A DNA stretch of 64,000 nt. Source: an uncultured delta proteobacterium. GTDB lineage: Bacteria > Desulfobacterota > Desulfobacteria > Desulfobacterales > QNYZ01. The DNA lies in contig CAWJQU010000005.1 in NCBI GenBank assembly GCA_963845145.1, positions 896,001 to 960,000 on the forward strand, given 5' to 3'. Positions 29,805 through 40,147 of this stretch are shown here, piece after piece. Position 1 is the stretch's first letter, and the number at the start of each line of letters is the position of its first letter. A program made the position numbers and the translations under genes. The notes below the pieces were generated by a model that was not told where the DNA came from, made no database searches, and was given only the letters and a program-made list of their open reading frames with translations.

Positions 29805-30518
29805 ATGAAAAACAAGGCTATACTGTTAGCAACTATTTTATCGGTAGTATTATTGTTGGTAGGATGTGGTGATGACGATGATGATAATGGTCTCACCCGA
29901 ACATTTACGATTCTGATCGAAAACATTTCTGATTCGTCCCCATTACCGACACCCCTTGCACCAGGGCCTTTTGCGGTCCACACAACACCTTATGTGCTAT
30001 TCCAATCGGGACAAAACGATTTCGGTGAGGGACTGGAGGCGATTGCCGAAGATGGCGACCCTTCGATGTTAGATGGAAATTTGGCCAATCATGCCAATGT
30101 ATCCGAACATGGTGTATTTAATACCCCCACAAACGCCGGCGGCCCAGGGCCCTTGCTTCCGGGATCCGGCGAAATGTACGAATTTTCTTTTACAGCTTCG
30201 CAGGGTGACCGCGTTTCATTTGCGACCATGTTGGTTCAATCCAACGATCTGTTTTTTGCGCCTTCGGATAGAGGGTTGGCATTGTTTAATGACAATACGC
30301 CTCTCAATGGGGATATTACCGCGCAAATCATGCTTTGGGATGCCGGTACGGAAGTTAACGAAGAACCGGGGGTAGGCCCCAATCAAGCACCCCGCCAAAG
30401 CGGACCCAACACCGGTCCGGATGAAAACGGGCCTGTTCGACTGGTCAGTCAGGTCAATGACGGTTATGTCTATCCACCCGTCACATCCCTTATCCGTGTG
30501 ATGATTTCATCACAATAG
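29805..30518 (+). CDS. Spondin_N-domain lipoprotein
   Basis: Lipobox LLVGC; GLEAIAEDG, SFATMLVQSNDLF, LWDAGTEVNE. Confidence 0.82.
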   Translation: MKNKAILLATILSVVLLLVGCGDDDDDNGLTRTFTILIENISDSSPLPTPLAPGPFAVHTTPYVLFQSGQNDFGEGLEAIAEDGDPSMLDGNLANHANVSEHGVFNTPTNAGGPGPLLPGSGEMYEFSFTASQGDRVSFATMLVQSNDLFFAPSDRGLALFNDNTPLNGDITAQIMLWDAGTEVNEEPGVGPNQAPRQSGPNTGPDENGPVRLVSQVNDGYVYPPVTSLIRVMISSQ

Positions 30519-30628
30519 GGTTTATCCGAATGGGTATTTTTGCGGTGACCTGCAAAAATACCCTAATCGTTTTATGAGCGTAGCCCAATTCCACGATATC
30601 CATCGACCTTGATACGTAAAAATCAATG

Positions 30629-31318
30629 TCAAGACGTCGTGGATTTGTCGTATTGAGGCGTGATGATCAACTTCCCCTGGTCGGTCTCTTTGATTCGAAT
30701 GCCGTACCCTGTCAGGGTTATGGTAAGGGGGCGGCCGAACAGGAAATCGCATATAGCCGGGTCGATCTTGGCTTTTTCCGCCAAAAGCGAACGGATGTTG
30801 CGGTCGTAATGGATGATTTCAGAGAGGTCCTTTAGCACTTCTTTGTGATGAGATGTTTCCAGTCGGCTGATCAAATCCTTTAACCGTTTATAGTCACACC
30901 GCTCTTGGTGATCCCGGACCAGCTCCCAAAGCTCAGGTTGCTGCTGCAAAACGGTTTTGCGATCTAAACGATTCTCTGCGTAAAGCATTTCAATAGCGCG
31001 GGTGTCCCAGCATTCCAAGACGCGGCATTCGGCAGGTCGGTGCTGATAAATGCCGCAGGAATTTTGCCCATCATCCAGATAAATGCATGCCCAGGAGCCG
31101 ACTTTTCCCTTTATTTTAATAACATCAGCCGGTACAGGTACCAACCCACCACGCACATTGTCACGGGCCAATTCACCGGCACGAATCGTGTAAAGATGGG
31201 CCAACGGGATCAGGCCCTTTTCCACCAGAGGCAAGTCCTCAATGTGCAACCCAGGACTATTTTTCCGGCAGCAGGTGCCGCATTGGGCACAGGTTTGATG
31301 TTTTGCGGTGCTCTCCAT
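30629..31318 (-). CDS. YkgJ/CxxCxxCC family cysteine-cluster protein
   Basis: CAQCGTCC...C.YL.....C.IYQHRP.EC; start placed at MESTAK. Confidence 0.82.
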   Translation of the reverse strand: MESTAKHQTCAQCGTCCRKNSPGLHIEDLPLVEKGLIPLAHLYTIRAGELARDNVRGGLVPVPADVIKIKGKVGSWACIYLDDGQNSCGIYQHRPAECRVLECWDTRAIEMLYAENRLDRKTVLQQQPELWELVRDHQERCDYKRLKDLISRLETSHHKEVLKDLSEIIHYDRNIRSLLAEKAKIDPAICDFLFGRPLTITLTGYGIRIKETDQGKLIITPQYDKSTTS

Positions 31319-31647
31319 AGAGATGCGTTTATCAAACTCAAAGCCGAGGGGCAATCTAAAAGGATCATCACGGACAAATTTGGCCTCACGCTCGACGATG
31401 CCCTGAGAGTTGAAACGCTGAACACCTATTCCAACATTGAAGGCCTCAAGGAAAACATCATTTTTTTCCAAAAACGGTTCTGGCTTTTTTAAATCGATTA
31501 CGTTATTTTAACCCATACTAATGGGTCTCCTTCTATTCGATGCTTATAATTCCGGGACATCAGGAAAATCCTTCGTTGTAAGATGTGAAAAATCTTATTT
31601 CCGGGCACGATGAGATTTATAAAGTAAAAAAAATATTAGGGAGAATT

Positions 31648-33069
31648 GTGGCTCAAAATCCTTTTCCTATAGATCCTGTTTTGGTTATTGACGATAATAT
31701 GGCGATTATCACGAGTGTTCACGATATTCTGCGCTCGGCCGGACTAAACCATGTGATCTCATGCCGGGACGCCAGAGATGTCATGACGTTGCTTTCCAAG
31801 CAAAAGGTAACGGTTATCCTGCTGGACCTATCCATGCCTCATATTTCAGGAGATGAGCTGCTTCCCAAAATTCAGGCGGAATATCCCCAGATACCGGTTA
31901 TAATCGTTACCGGCAACAATGTTTTGGAAAATGCGGTTCGTTGTATGACCAAGGGTGCCTTCGATTATATGGTGAAGCCGGTTGAAAGGCGCCGGTTAAT
32001 TTCCGGCGTGATGCGCGCGATTCAAATCAGAGAACTTGGCAATGAAAACAAGAAAATGAAAGAGCGATTTCTGACAGGTAAGTTAGAGCATCCTGGCGTC
32101 TTTTCTGACATCGTTACCGGCAATGATCGCATGTGGTCACTATTTCAATATACTGAAGCCATCGCTAAAAGTTCTCAGCCTATTTTGATAACGGGTGAGA
32201 GTGGCGTGGGAAAAGAACTGATAGCCAAGGCGCTCCACGCGTTGAGCGGTTGCAGCGGAGATTTTGTGCCGGTGAATGTGGCCGGAATCGATGATCAGGC
32301 TTTTTCGGATACACTTTTCGGACACCGCAAGGGGGCTTTTACAGGGGCGGATGCCAATCGCCGTGGGTTAATTGAAAGGGCGGCCGGGGGCGCTCTTTTT
32401 CTGGATGAAATTGGTGAGTTGGCCGCCGAAGCGCAAGTGAAACTGCTTCGACTGATTCAGGAGCGGGAATACTATCCTCTGGGCGTTGATCAACCGGAGT
32501 CGACCGATGCCCAGATTATCGTTGCCACAAATATTGATCTTCAACAGGCTTTGAAAAACGGCCTGTTTCGGAAAGACCTTTATTTTAGGCTAACATCTCA
32601 CCAGATCGATATTCCACCACTGCGGGAAAGATTAGATGATCTTCCCCTTCTTTTAGAACATTTTTTTAAAGAAGCTGCCATGAATTTCAGAAAAAAGAAA
32701 CCGACCTACCCAATTGAGCTGATAACGCTTCTGAAAAATTATCACTACCCCGGAAATATACGGGAGCTAAAGGGCATGGTATATGATGCCGTTGCGGCCC
32801 ATCAGTCAAAAAAAATTTCAATGGAACGCTTTAAAGTGCACATCGACAATGAGATTTCAAACAGCGGGATTGTTCCGCTACCACAAAGTACGGATGAATC
32901 ATTTTGGCGCCAGGACCAAACCCCTTTGCCCACGCTTGCCCATGCCGGCCGGATGCTGATCAAAGAAGCCTTAAAACGTTCTGACGACAATCGGACCATG
33001 GCAGCCCGTATGTTAGGTATCTCCCGGCAACGGCTCCTTCGACAAATTAAAGCGATGGAAACCGTGTAA
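31648..33069 (+). CDS. Sigma-54-dependent response regulator (NtrC/AtoC family)
   Basis: Receiver (VIDD, LDLSMP, KP); GESGVGKE, GAFTGA, FLDEIG, YPGNIRELK; HTH. GTG 31648 follows AGGGAG. Confidence 0.93.
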   Translation: MAQNPFPIDPVLVIDDNMAIITSVHDILRSAGLNHVISCRDARDVMTLLSKQKVTVILLDLSMPHISGDELLPKIQAEYPQIPVIIVTGNNVLENAVRCMTKGAFDYMVKPVERRRLISGVMRAIQIRELGNENKKMKERFLTGKLEHPGVFSDIVTGNDRMWSLFQYTEAIAKSSQPILITGESGVGKELIAKALHALSGCSGDFVPVNVAGIDDQAFSDTLFGHRKGAFTGADANRRGLIERAAGGALFLDEIGELAAEAQVKLLRLIQEREYYPLGVDQPESTDAQIIVATNIDLQQALKNGLFRKDLYFRLTSHQIDIPPLRERLDDLPLLLEHFFKEAAMNFRKKKPTYPIELITLLKNYHYPGNIRELKGMVYDAVAAHQSKKISMERFKVHIDNEISNSGIVPLPQSTDESFWRQDQTPLPTLAHAGRMLIKEALKRSDDNRTMAARMLGISRQRLLRQIKAMETV

Positions 33070-33319
33070 CGGATTTTTTCCGACACCGGTTTAGGCAATT
33101 GTTGCGGGTATCGCCGCCGAATCCCTTTCCAAAAGGGTGTGATAAATCGTAACAGTATTGCATTTTGTAACACTGCCTGAAAACTTAAAATATTAGATAG
33201 TTATCACCTATCCTACCTTTCAAAACATGTAAACTGCAACACCGTTCACCATTCTTTTCACATACGCCAAATCACGGTGAAATCAGATATAGCCCTATTT
33301 AGATGACTGAATAACAAAG

Positions 33320-33335
33320 TGGCATGCTATTCGCT
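33320..33335 (+). promoter_or_regulatory. Sigma-54 promoter upstream of MCP-cheW
   Basis: TGGCATGCTATTCGCT = GG-N10-GC, immediately downstream of an NtrC-type activator gene. Confidence 0.62.
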
Positions 33336-33386
33336 AAGGTAATAGTCCGTATCGCAACGAAAGCCGATCATTAAAAAATAAATTTC

Positions 33387-33413
33387 TTTAGTTTTTTAAG
33401 AAAAAGACGATAA
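33387..33413 (+). promoter_or_regulatory. Sigma-28-like promoter upstream of MCP-cheW
   Basis: TTTAGTTT-N11-GACGATAA. Confidence 0.5.
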
Positions 33414-33480
33414 CTGATGCCAGTAGGTACAATCTAAAAGGTAAACAATAATATAACACTATCTGTGAAAAGGATACCCA

Positions 33481-35406
33481 ATGATTAAAAAAATGACGGT
33501 AGGGAAAAAAATAAGCTTAGGATTTTCATCGGTTCTTATTTTATTGGCAGTGGTGGGGGGTATTGCCTTCTATGCCTTGACTGGAGCATCCAAAGGTTTT
33601 TCACAATATCGCGAGATGGCGCGTGACTCCAATCTTGCCGGACACCTCCATGCCGACATGCTCATGGTGCGTATGAACGTCAAGGACTTCCTCATTACGG
33701 GAAGCGACAAAGACCTCGGTGAATACGGGGATTACTACAAAAAGATGTTGGGCTTTCTGGAAGAGGCGCAAAAGGAAATTCAAAATGTTGAACGGGCTGA
33801 AAAAATAGATAAAGTGGATGCTGAAGTTGATGAGTATAATGCAGGTTTTGAAAAGGTCGTCGAGTTTAAAAAGCAACGTAACCAAATTGTAAACCAGGTA
33901 CTCAATGTCAATGGCCCACTCATGGAAAAAACCTTAACGGAAGTTATGACTTCAGCGGATGCCGACAATGATATGACGGCCGCCTTCCACTCGGGTCTGG
34001 CAATGAAGCACCTGCTACTAGGCCGTCTATACATGGCCAAGTTCCTCGATACAAATGATAAAAAATCAGCGGACCGGGTAAATCAAGAATTCGGAAAAAT
34101 GCAGGAACAGCTTAATATTTTAGATAGAGAGTTGGAAAATATTCAACGCCGAAAAATGCTTTTGGTCGTGGCCGAAGCAAAAAATACCTACTCAAAAAAC
34201 TTTAACACTTTAGTAAAGGTTATTTTCGACCGGAACGAAATCATCGCAGGCACCCTGGATCACATCGGGCCGGCCATTGCAAAAAATGTTGAGGACGTAA
34301 AGCTTTCCATAAAAGCCGTTCAGGATGATTTGGGGCCAAAATTAGTGGCATCCAATAATCGCAGCAATATGCTTGTCATTGCCATAAGTATAGCGGCAAT
34401 TATTTTTGGAGCCATCCTCTCGTTTTTCATAACGCGTAGCATAATCAAACCCCTGGGTCGTGCCATTGGAGGCTTGAAAGATGGCGCCGATCAGGTTGCA
34501 TCCGCCTCTAGTGAGATATCCGTTTCCAGCCAGCAATTAGCTGAAGGATCATCAGAGCAGGCTGCCTCCATCGAAGAATCCTCCTCCTCATTGGAGGAAA
34601 TGTCCTCAATGACCAAACAAAATTCAGAGAATGCCAGTGAGGCTGACAGCCTCATGAGAGAATCAAACCAGGTAGTGGCTCAGGCGAACAACTCCATGAG
34701 AGAACTGATTGAGTCGATGTCGGATATCTCAAAAGCCAGCGAAAAAACCTCCAAGATCATTAAGACAATTGATGAGATTGCCTTTCAGACCAACCTACTG
34801 GCACTGAACGCTGCGGTTGAGGCTGCACGGGCAGGTGAGGCCGGCGCCGGATTTGCGGTAGTGGCTGATGAGGTCAGAAACCTTGCCATGCGGGCTGCTG
34901 AGGCTGCCAAAGATACAGCCGGGCTGATAGACGGTACTGTAAAGAAGGTAAAAGATGGATCGGAGATTGTGAGTAGGACCAATGATGCTTTCACCAAGGT
35001 AGCCCAAAGCTCAACAAAAGTCGGTGAACTGGTTTCGGAGATAGCAGCTGCATCCAGCGAACAAGCCCAAGGCATTGAGCAGATCAATACTTCCGTAATT
35101 GAAATGGACAAAGTGGTCCAGCAAAATGCTTCTAACGCCGAAGAAAACGCTAGTGCCTCAGAGGAAATGAATGCTCAGTCGGAACAGATTATGGCATTTG
35201 TGAACAACCTTGCCGATATGATTGGCGGTAACGGCAATGGCAGAAGGCAAAATTCTTCAACGATGATTAAGTCTCGACCCACCGCAAACCATATAAAATT
35301 GGCAGGCCTGGCCGGAAAGATAAGAAAAGTACCGGCTCATCAATCAAAAGAAGCATCAGTCGAACAAATCCTGCCGTTGGACGATGACGTTTTTAAGGAT
35401 TTCTAG
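33481..35406 (+). CDS. Methyl-accepting chemotaxis protein with large helical periplasmic sensor
   Basis: Two TM segments; [38 protein letters not shown]-terminal DDDVFKDF. Confidence 0.94.
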   Translation: MIKKMTVGKKISLGFSSVLILLAVVGGIAFYALTGASKGFSQYREMARDSNLAGHLHADMLMVRMNVKDFLITGSDKDLGEYGDYYKKMLGFLEEAQKEIQNVERAEKIDKVDAEVDEYNAGFEKVVEFKKQRNQIVNQVLNVNGPLMEKTLTEVMTSADADNDMTAAFHSGLAMKHLLLGRLYMAKFLDTNDKKSADRVNQEFGKMQEQLNILDRELENIQRRKMLLVVAEAKNTYSKNFNTLVKVIFDRNEIIAGTLDHIGPAIAKNVEDVKLSIKAVQDDLGPKLVASNNRSNMLVIAISIAAIIFGAILSFFITRSIIKPLGRAIGGLKDGADQVASASSEISVSSQQLAEGSSEQAASIEESSSSLEEMSSMTKQNSENASEADSLMRESNQVVAQANNSMRELIESMSDISKASEKTSKIIKTIDEIAFQTNLLALNAAVEAARAGEAGAGFAVVADEVRNLAMRAAEAAKDTAGLIDGTVKKVKDGSEIVSRTNDAFTKVAQSSTKVGELVSEIAAASSEQAQGIEQINTSVIEMDKVVQQNASNAEENASASEEMNAQSEQIMAFVNNLADMIGGNGNGRRQNSSTMIKSRPTANHIKLAGLAGKIRKVPAHQSKEASVEQILPLDDDVFKDF

Positions 35407-35454
35407 GCCCTCCCAGGCGGATCTTTTATGAAAACGGATCCCGCTTGTTCAAAG

Positions 35455-35498
35455 CATTTTCAGCGAAAGCCTGATAATTCAGGCTTTCACTGAAAATG
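35455..35498. repeat. Long intergenic inverted repeat (hairpin)
   Basis: CATTTTCAGCGAAAGCCTGA-TAAT-TCAGGCTTTCACTGAAAATG, 20-bp arms with one mismatch. Confidence 0.7.
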
Positions 35499-35611
35499 TA
35501 GACCCGTAATACTTTTAACTCGGGCTGCCCGGCAAAGTGCTACAATGGCTAAAGACAGGGAATGGTTCACCTCGAATCCGGAAAGCTTTTGAAGATTATG
35601 GAGTATAAAAA

Positions 35612-36127
35612 ATGACGGAACAAAAAGAAACGAAAAAAGATACTGCTAAAGTCAGGGCGAATTTTGAAGGCAAGTATTTAACTTTTTCTTTGGCTGGTGA
35701 AGAATATGGAATCGGTATTTTAATGATCAGAGAGATTATTGGTATGATGTCGATCACCGTGGTTCCCAAGACGCCTGAACACGTAAAGGGTGTCATCAAT
35801 CTGCGTGGCAAGGTGATCCCGGTAGTGGACCTGCGGATGCGTTTCGGCATAGAGGAAGCTGGTTATACGGATCGAACGTGTATTATTGTCATTGAAACAC
35901 GGACCACACACCAAACCACACTTACAATGGGTATAGTCGTTGATGCGGTATCAGAGGTTTTAAATATCAAAGATAATGAAATTGAAAACACCCCCACATT
36001 TGGCGCTAACCTCAACATGGATTACATCCTGGGAATAGCCAAAATAGAAAAAGCAGTGAAAATACTTCTGGATATCGACCGGGTGCTTAGTGTCGAAGAT
36101 ATTACTTGTCTGGATAAGGCGGCATAA
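35612..36127 (+). CDS. cheW: Chemotaxis protein CheW
   Basis: KYLTFSL..EEYGI, GVINLRGKVIPVVDLR, GIVVDAVSEV. Confidence 0.95.
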   Translation: MTEQKETKKDTAKVRANFEGKYLTFSLAGEEYGIGILMIREIIGMMSITVVPKTPEHVKGVINLRGKVIPVVDLRMRFGIEEAGYTDRTCIIVIETRTTHQTTLTMGIVVDAVSEVLNIKDNEIENTPTFGANLNMDYILGIAKIEKAVKILLDIDRVLSVEDITCLDKAA

Positions 36128-36132
36128 AATTT

Positions 36133-36340
36133 TTAGCTCATACCTAAAAAGACATCTCCAAGCGGCACGACTGTAACCCCACCTTTTATCGGAAAGGACT
36201 CTTTTACCGATGCTACCACGCAAGCGGCAGCCGGTGAAATGTCATCAAGGGTGTGCCAAAACCCCGTTGACACCTTGGGAGCGGTAGAAGATTTCAGCTC
36301 AAGGACCAGAGTTCGTTGGCCTTTTCTCAAAACCACCGCT
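36133..36340 (-). pseudogene. C-terminal remnant of a DUF4143-type AAA ATPase
   Basis: LVLELKSSTAPKVSTGFWHTLDDISP..ACVVASVKESFPI..GVTVVPL resembles the E-x-K C-terminus of these proteins; upstream part absent. Confidence 0.55.
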
Positions 36341-36425
36341 ATCGGAAGCGCTAGTATTGACATTGTACCCACAATGTCCTATTGTCGAGCTGGATCATTT
36401 TCCAGGCAGAGGACCAGGAATTGTT

Positions 36426-36709
36426 ATGAAAATATTCAGATGGAACAAGGAAAAAAATGAAATCCTTGCCCGGGAAAGAGACATAACCTTTGAAGAAATA
36501 GTTCAAAGAATTAAATCCGGGCACAAAGGTGATTGAGACGGATCATCCTAACAAGAAAAAATATCCGAACCAAAAAATTCATGATCGTCGATGTCGAAGG
36601 ATATGCCTACCTGGTTCCATTTGTTATAGATAAAGAAGGGTATCTCCTTAAAACAATTATACCAAGCAGAAAGGCAACTAAGAAATATCTTGGAGGAAAA
36701 AATGGTTGA
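36426..36709 (+). pseudogene. BrnT/DUF4258-like toxin interrupted by two +1 frameshifts
   Basis: MKIFRWNKEKNEILARERDITFEEIV / TDHPNKKKYPNQK / FMIVDVEGYAYLVPFV...LKTIIPSRKATKKYL in three successive frames; overlaps the antitoxin ATG. Confidence 0.78.
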
Positions 36710-36980
36710 AAAACAAAAAAAAATAATCCTCGATGAATACGAAAAGGAAATTTTAGAACTATACGAAAATGGAAGGTTAAAACCATCTAAATTACAAACC
36801 GATTACCAAATAATCGCCAAGAATACACTTAAAAAGAACCGCAAAATCAATATCAGAATTTCAGAGAACGATCTTTCCGCCTTACAAAGTAGAGCCGCAC
36901 GAGAGGGCATTCCTTACCAAACATTAATTGGAAGCGTACTTCATAAATATGCCAGCGGGTTTTTAAAAGAAGCGGGTTAA
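36702..36980 (+). CDS. RHH/CopG-like antitoxin (BrnA-like)
   Basis: LDEYEKEILE...KINIRISENDL...AAREGIPYQTLI.SVLHKY; GGAGG RBS. Confidence 0.85.
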   Translation: MVEKQKKIILDEYEKEILELYENGRLKPSKLQTDYQIIAKNTLKKNRKINIRISENDLSALQSRAAREGIPYQTLIGSVLHKYASGFLKEAG

Positions 36981-37053
36981 ATTGGTCCGGTAAATCAAAC
37001 AATCGGTTTGTTTTTTGTGTAACAAATAATGGTTAACGTGTCCAAGAATCCCT

Positions 37054-37593
37054 TCAGTTCAGCAATACAAAACATCTTACGTTTCTGATAACCAGTTGAA
37101 TTCCATCGGATATCTTCCTGTTAAGCTGAGCCAGCACTTCGCGTTCTCCCCGACTGACCCGTTCACCGCCAAAACCAAGAAACCCGCCTTCCTTGGCTGC
37201 TTTGGCAACCCTTTCCCCAATGCTGGTCAAGAAAGATAGATATACTTTAAGATCTTCATCAAACCCCTTTTGGTTGAGCAATCCAACGGCAGCTTTAGTT
37301 TTATCTATGGCCGATTTCTTCAGTTGATCACGAAGGGTCTCAATGTCGCGCATCTCGATGCCACTGCGCAGGGATTTCTGGGCAGCTTTCATTTCCTCAC
37401 GCGCGCAGATATCGTGTAAAAGTGTATTATCCCCTTTCAACGCATCCACAATGGCACCAGCCGAGGCCATCGCTTCCTTCAAGCTACCAAAAATTCCGCT
37501 TGCTCCCGCCAACACCACGGCAATAGCGATTGCATGGGGCGCATCGCGCAATACCTGCCATTGCTCATCAGAAAAATGGGCTTTCGCTACCAT
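37054..37593 (-). CDS. Hypothetical protein
   Basis: AGGAGG RBS; helical protein with AAKEGGFLGFGGERVS motif. Confidence 0.72.
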   Translation of the reverse strand: MVAKAHFSDEQWQVLRDAPHAIAIAVVLAGASGIFGSLKEAMASAGAIVDALKGDNTLLHDICAREEMKAAQKSLRSGIEMRDIETLRDQLKKSAIDKTKAAVGLLNQKGFDEDLKVYLSFLTSIGERVAKAAKEGGFLGFGGERVSRGEREVLAQLNRKISDGIQLVIRNVRCFVLLN

Positions 37594-37788
37594 AGCATAC
37601 CTCCTTTGCTGATATGTGACGAATTTCTTGTGACATGATCCTTAATTATTGGAGCGGGTTGAAAAACCTATTCTATTAATTTATATGGAATGCAGGCAAT
37701 TAAGCCGGCCCCGAATTAAACTGATAATTACGTATCGTATCTATGATACTGGCCAAAATTTTGTGAAATTTTTATATTGGAGGAAATT

Positions 37789-39105
37789 ATGATCAAACAA
37801 ATGATATTCGGGACACTCGTAGTAGCACTTCTACTGTTTAGCGGATGTGGAGATGGTGATATAGAAACAGCAACAGAGGAGCCTATTGACAATAGTGCCA
37901 TCGGCACGGTTCGTCAGTTCCCGAATGTTGTAAAAGAAGAGCATCTACATTCTCACTATTATGGGGAACCCGGCGGTGAGGAAGAAGGGAAACATATTTT
38001 GATGCTTCAAAAGGGTGCCTATGACCCTCAAGTTGGACAAGCCATAGTATTTGGTCGAACTGATCAGTTTCCAAATGGATTGATGCGTAAGATTGAAGCG
38101 ATATATGAGCATGATGATAAAACAAAGATTGTCTCGTCACAGGCAGCATTAGATGACATATTTGAAGATCTTGAAATTACTCATTCAATGAAATTAAAAC
38201 CGCTCCCTATTTTAGACAAAACCGAAAAGAACGTAGACGGCAGTGATGTGATCCGTATATTATACGAAAAAGATGGTGTATCACTTTCACAAAAAAGTGA
38301 TATTATGATTAATTCAAATGAGCTTGCCGCTAATTCTGAAGGGCTCGATTTTCATGTGAACTTTAACGAAGTTGTTCTTAAAGAGGGTGTCACTCTAAAT
38401 GGACACCTCGATATGTCCCTTGAGTTTCATTTTAAATTGAGTTTTAATAAGATATGTATACGTCATGTTTTGGGCCAATGTGTCGCTCATAAAACCGTTC
38501 TGGGACATACTTATTTTTATATAGAACCGAGGGAAAGTGGCCAGGTTTCACTTTCCGCTACGAAATCCGGTCAAATCAACAAAGAAGTTACTTTAGCTGA
38601 GTATTCCTTCTCTCCTATAGATATCCAAGTGGGTATAATACCAGTGATTATAGTACCAAAGCTTAGTTTTATAGTAGGCGGTTATGGTGAAGTAACCGCT
38701 GGAATAAGTATGGGATGTACTGAAGATCTTTCATCGAAGATAGGCCTCACTTACAAGAAAAAGCAGGGTTACTCTAATCATCATTGGTATTCTATAAAAG
38801 ATATCGTCCCTGTCGTAGATTGGATCCCGCCAAATTTTGATGCTACTGGTGAAGTTAAAATTTCTACAGGACCTTTTTTGGAACTTTTAATTTATGATAT
38901 TACCGGCCCAACTGCAAATTTAGACACCTATATTGAAGCAGATGTTGACCTAAAGGCGGACCCTTGGTGGACTCTCTATTATGGGGTAGAAGCAAATGCT
39001 GGTTTTATATTGGATGTTTTAGGTCACGATTTTGCAGAAGTGACGTTTGATATATATAACTATCAAAATATAATTGCTCATTCCGATGGGGCATTTGAGT
39101 GGTAA
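37789..39105 (+). CDS. Hypothetical beta-rich lipoprotein
   Basis: GGAGG RBS, lipobox LFSGC, long ORF with visibly AT-richer codons. Confidence 0.72.
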   Translation: MIKQMIFGTLVVALLLFSGCGDGDIETATEEPIDNSAIGTVRQFPNVVKEEHLHSHYYGEPGGEEEGKHILMLQKGAYDPQVGQAIVFGRTDQFPNGLMRKIEAIYEHDDKTKIVSSQAALDDIFEDLEITHSMKLKPLPILDKTEKNVDGSDVIRILYEKDGVSLSQKSDIMINSNELAANSEGLDFHVNFNEVVLKEGVTLNGHLDMSLEFHFKLSFNKICIRHVLGQCVAHKTVLGHTYFYIEPRESGQVSLSATKSGQINKEVTLAEYSFSPIDIQVGIIPVIIVPKLSFIVGGYGEVTAGISMGCTEDLSSKIGLTYKKKQGYSNHHWYSIKDIVPVVDWIPPNFDATGEVKISTGPFLELLIYDITGPTANLDTYIEADVDLKADPWWTLYYGVEANAGFILDVLGHDFAEVTFDIYNYQNIIAHSDGAFEW

Positions 39106-39198
39106 TATGCAAATGTATCAGTAAATTATTTGCCTTTTCATACAAAAACCGACGATATCTACGGAATCGTTCCTTTGAGTCCATCACATTGAACTCTT

Positions 39199-39500
39199 TA
39201 TCAATCAAGGGAGACAGGGGAGACGCTAAAACTATTTGAAAAAGCAATGTTCATCAATCTTTTAAATCCCCCATCATCCGTTGAACTGCCACTCCAACCC
39301 AATTTGAGGGAATTTCCGAAGCTTCAAGTGCTCGATATCGGCCTGCTGAATTATTTTGGTTGATTTCAAAAAAATCTGTTTGATGCAAAAGATATTGTTT
39401 CTGTTTACCAGGGTAAAATCGCAGAGCATATCGTGGACCAGGAACTTTTGGCCTATAATCCATCGACGCTGCATCGGCTTCATTTCTGGAGTAGGAAAAA
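39199..39500 (+). pseudogene. Internal remnant of a second DUF4143-type AAA ATPase
   Basis: YQSRETGETLKLFEKAM...PKLQVLDIGLLNYFG*FQK...YQGKIAEHIV.QELLA...LHFWSRKK; TGA at 39361-39363; no start. Confidence 0.6.
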
Positions 39501-39632
39501 AACCTTATATTGCCTATCCATAAACGGTGGATTAAATTTCGTAACAAGGCCATAATAAGTTTAATAACTTGTCTGAATGTTATCAAAAAAGAGATCTATC
39601 GTCTGGAGATACTAACAACACGGAGATGAAAT

Positions 39633-40109
39633 ATGACACAGGATAACGACGCAACCATGCAAGGTATGAAATCCGAACTCGGTGAATATAAAAAAACCAT
39701 TTTGCCTGTAAATAAGGGGCGATTGAAACTCGAAAAAGATCTTTATTTTTTAGGAACGACCCAGCGGGGCTATGAGGTGGAGTATGATGTGGCCTATGAA
39801 ATGGGTTGCACCCCCACGGAGACGTTGCTGATGAGTGTAGTGGGGTGCCTCTCCATTGACGTGGTGCACATGCTCCGTAAAATGCGATGTACGATCACAT
39901 CGTATGAAGCCGAGTTTGACGGGGAAAGAATGCCTGACCCGCCCCAATATTATAAATCAATGGATATCACGATTCATGTGAGTGGAGAGGGGATCTCGCC
40001 AAAAAAAATTGAGCGGGCCATTTCGCTCTCCCAAGAAAAGTATTGCTCAGTCTATCACACGCTTCGAAAAGACCTAAAATTATCGGTCACCTATAAAATA
40101 GAAGATTAA
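39633..40109 (+). CDS. OsmC/YhfA family protein
   Basis: PTETLLMSVVGCLSIDVV..LRK; AISLSQEKYCSV. Confidence 0.87.
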   Translation: MTQDNDATMQGMKSELGEYKKTILPVNKGRLKLEKDLYFLGTTQRGYEVEYDVAYEMGCTPTETLLMSVVGCLSIDVVHMLRKMRCTITSYEAEFDGERMPDPPQYYKSMDITIHVSGEGISPKKIERAISLSQEKYCSVYHTLRKDLKLSVTYKIED

Positions 40110-40147
40110 ATTTGGGGATCCGGTAATTGCTTTTTTCCGATATTAAA

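Noticed and set aside
31040..31492. 150-aa plus-strand ORF with a protein-like tail (DAFIKLKAEG...KRFWLF)
   Set aside because: Mostly antisense to the YkgJ-family gene, no RBS, no recognisable family; the tail could be a remnant but I cannot support it.
35500..35600. Possible c-di-GMP riboswitch before cheW (GGCAAA present)
   Set aside because: No GAAA tetraloop/GACGCAAA arrangement or supporting stems.
39361..39363. In-frame TGA as a second selenocysteine
   Set aside because: Lies in a start-less remnant, not at a plausible Cys position, and no SECIS-like hairpin seen.
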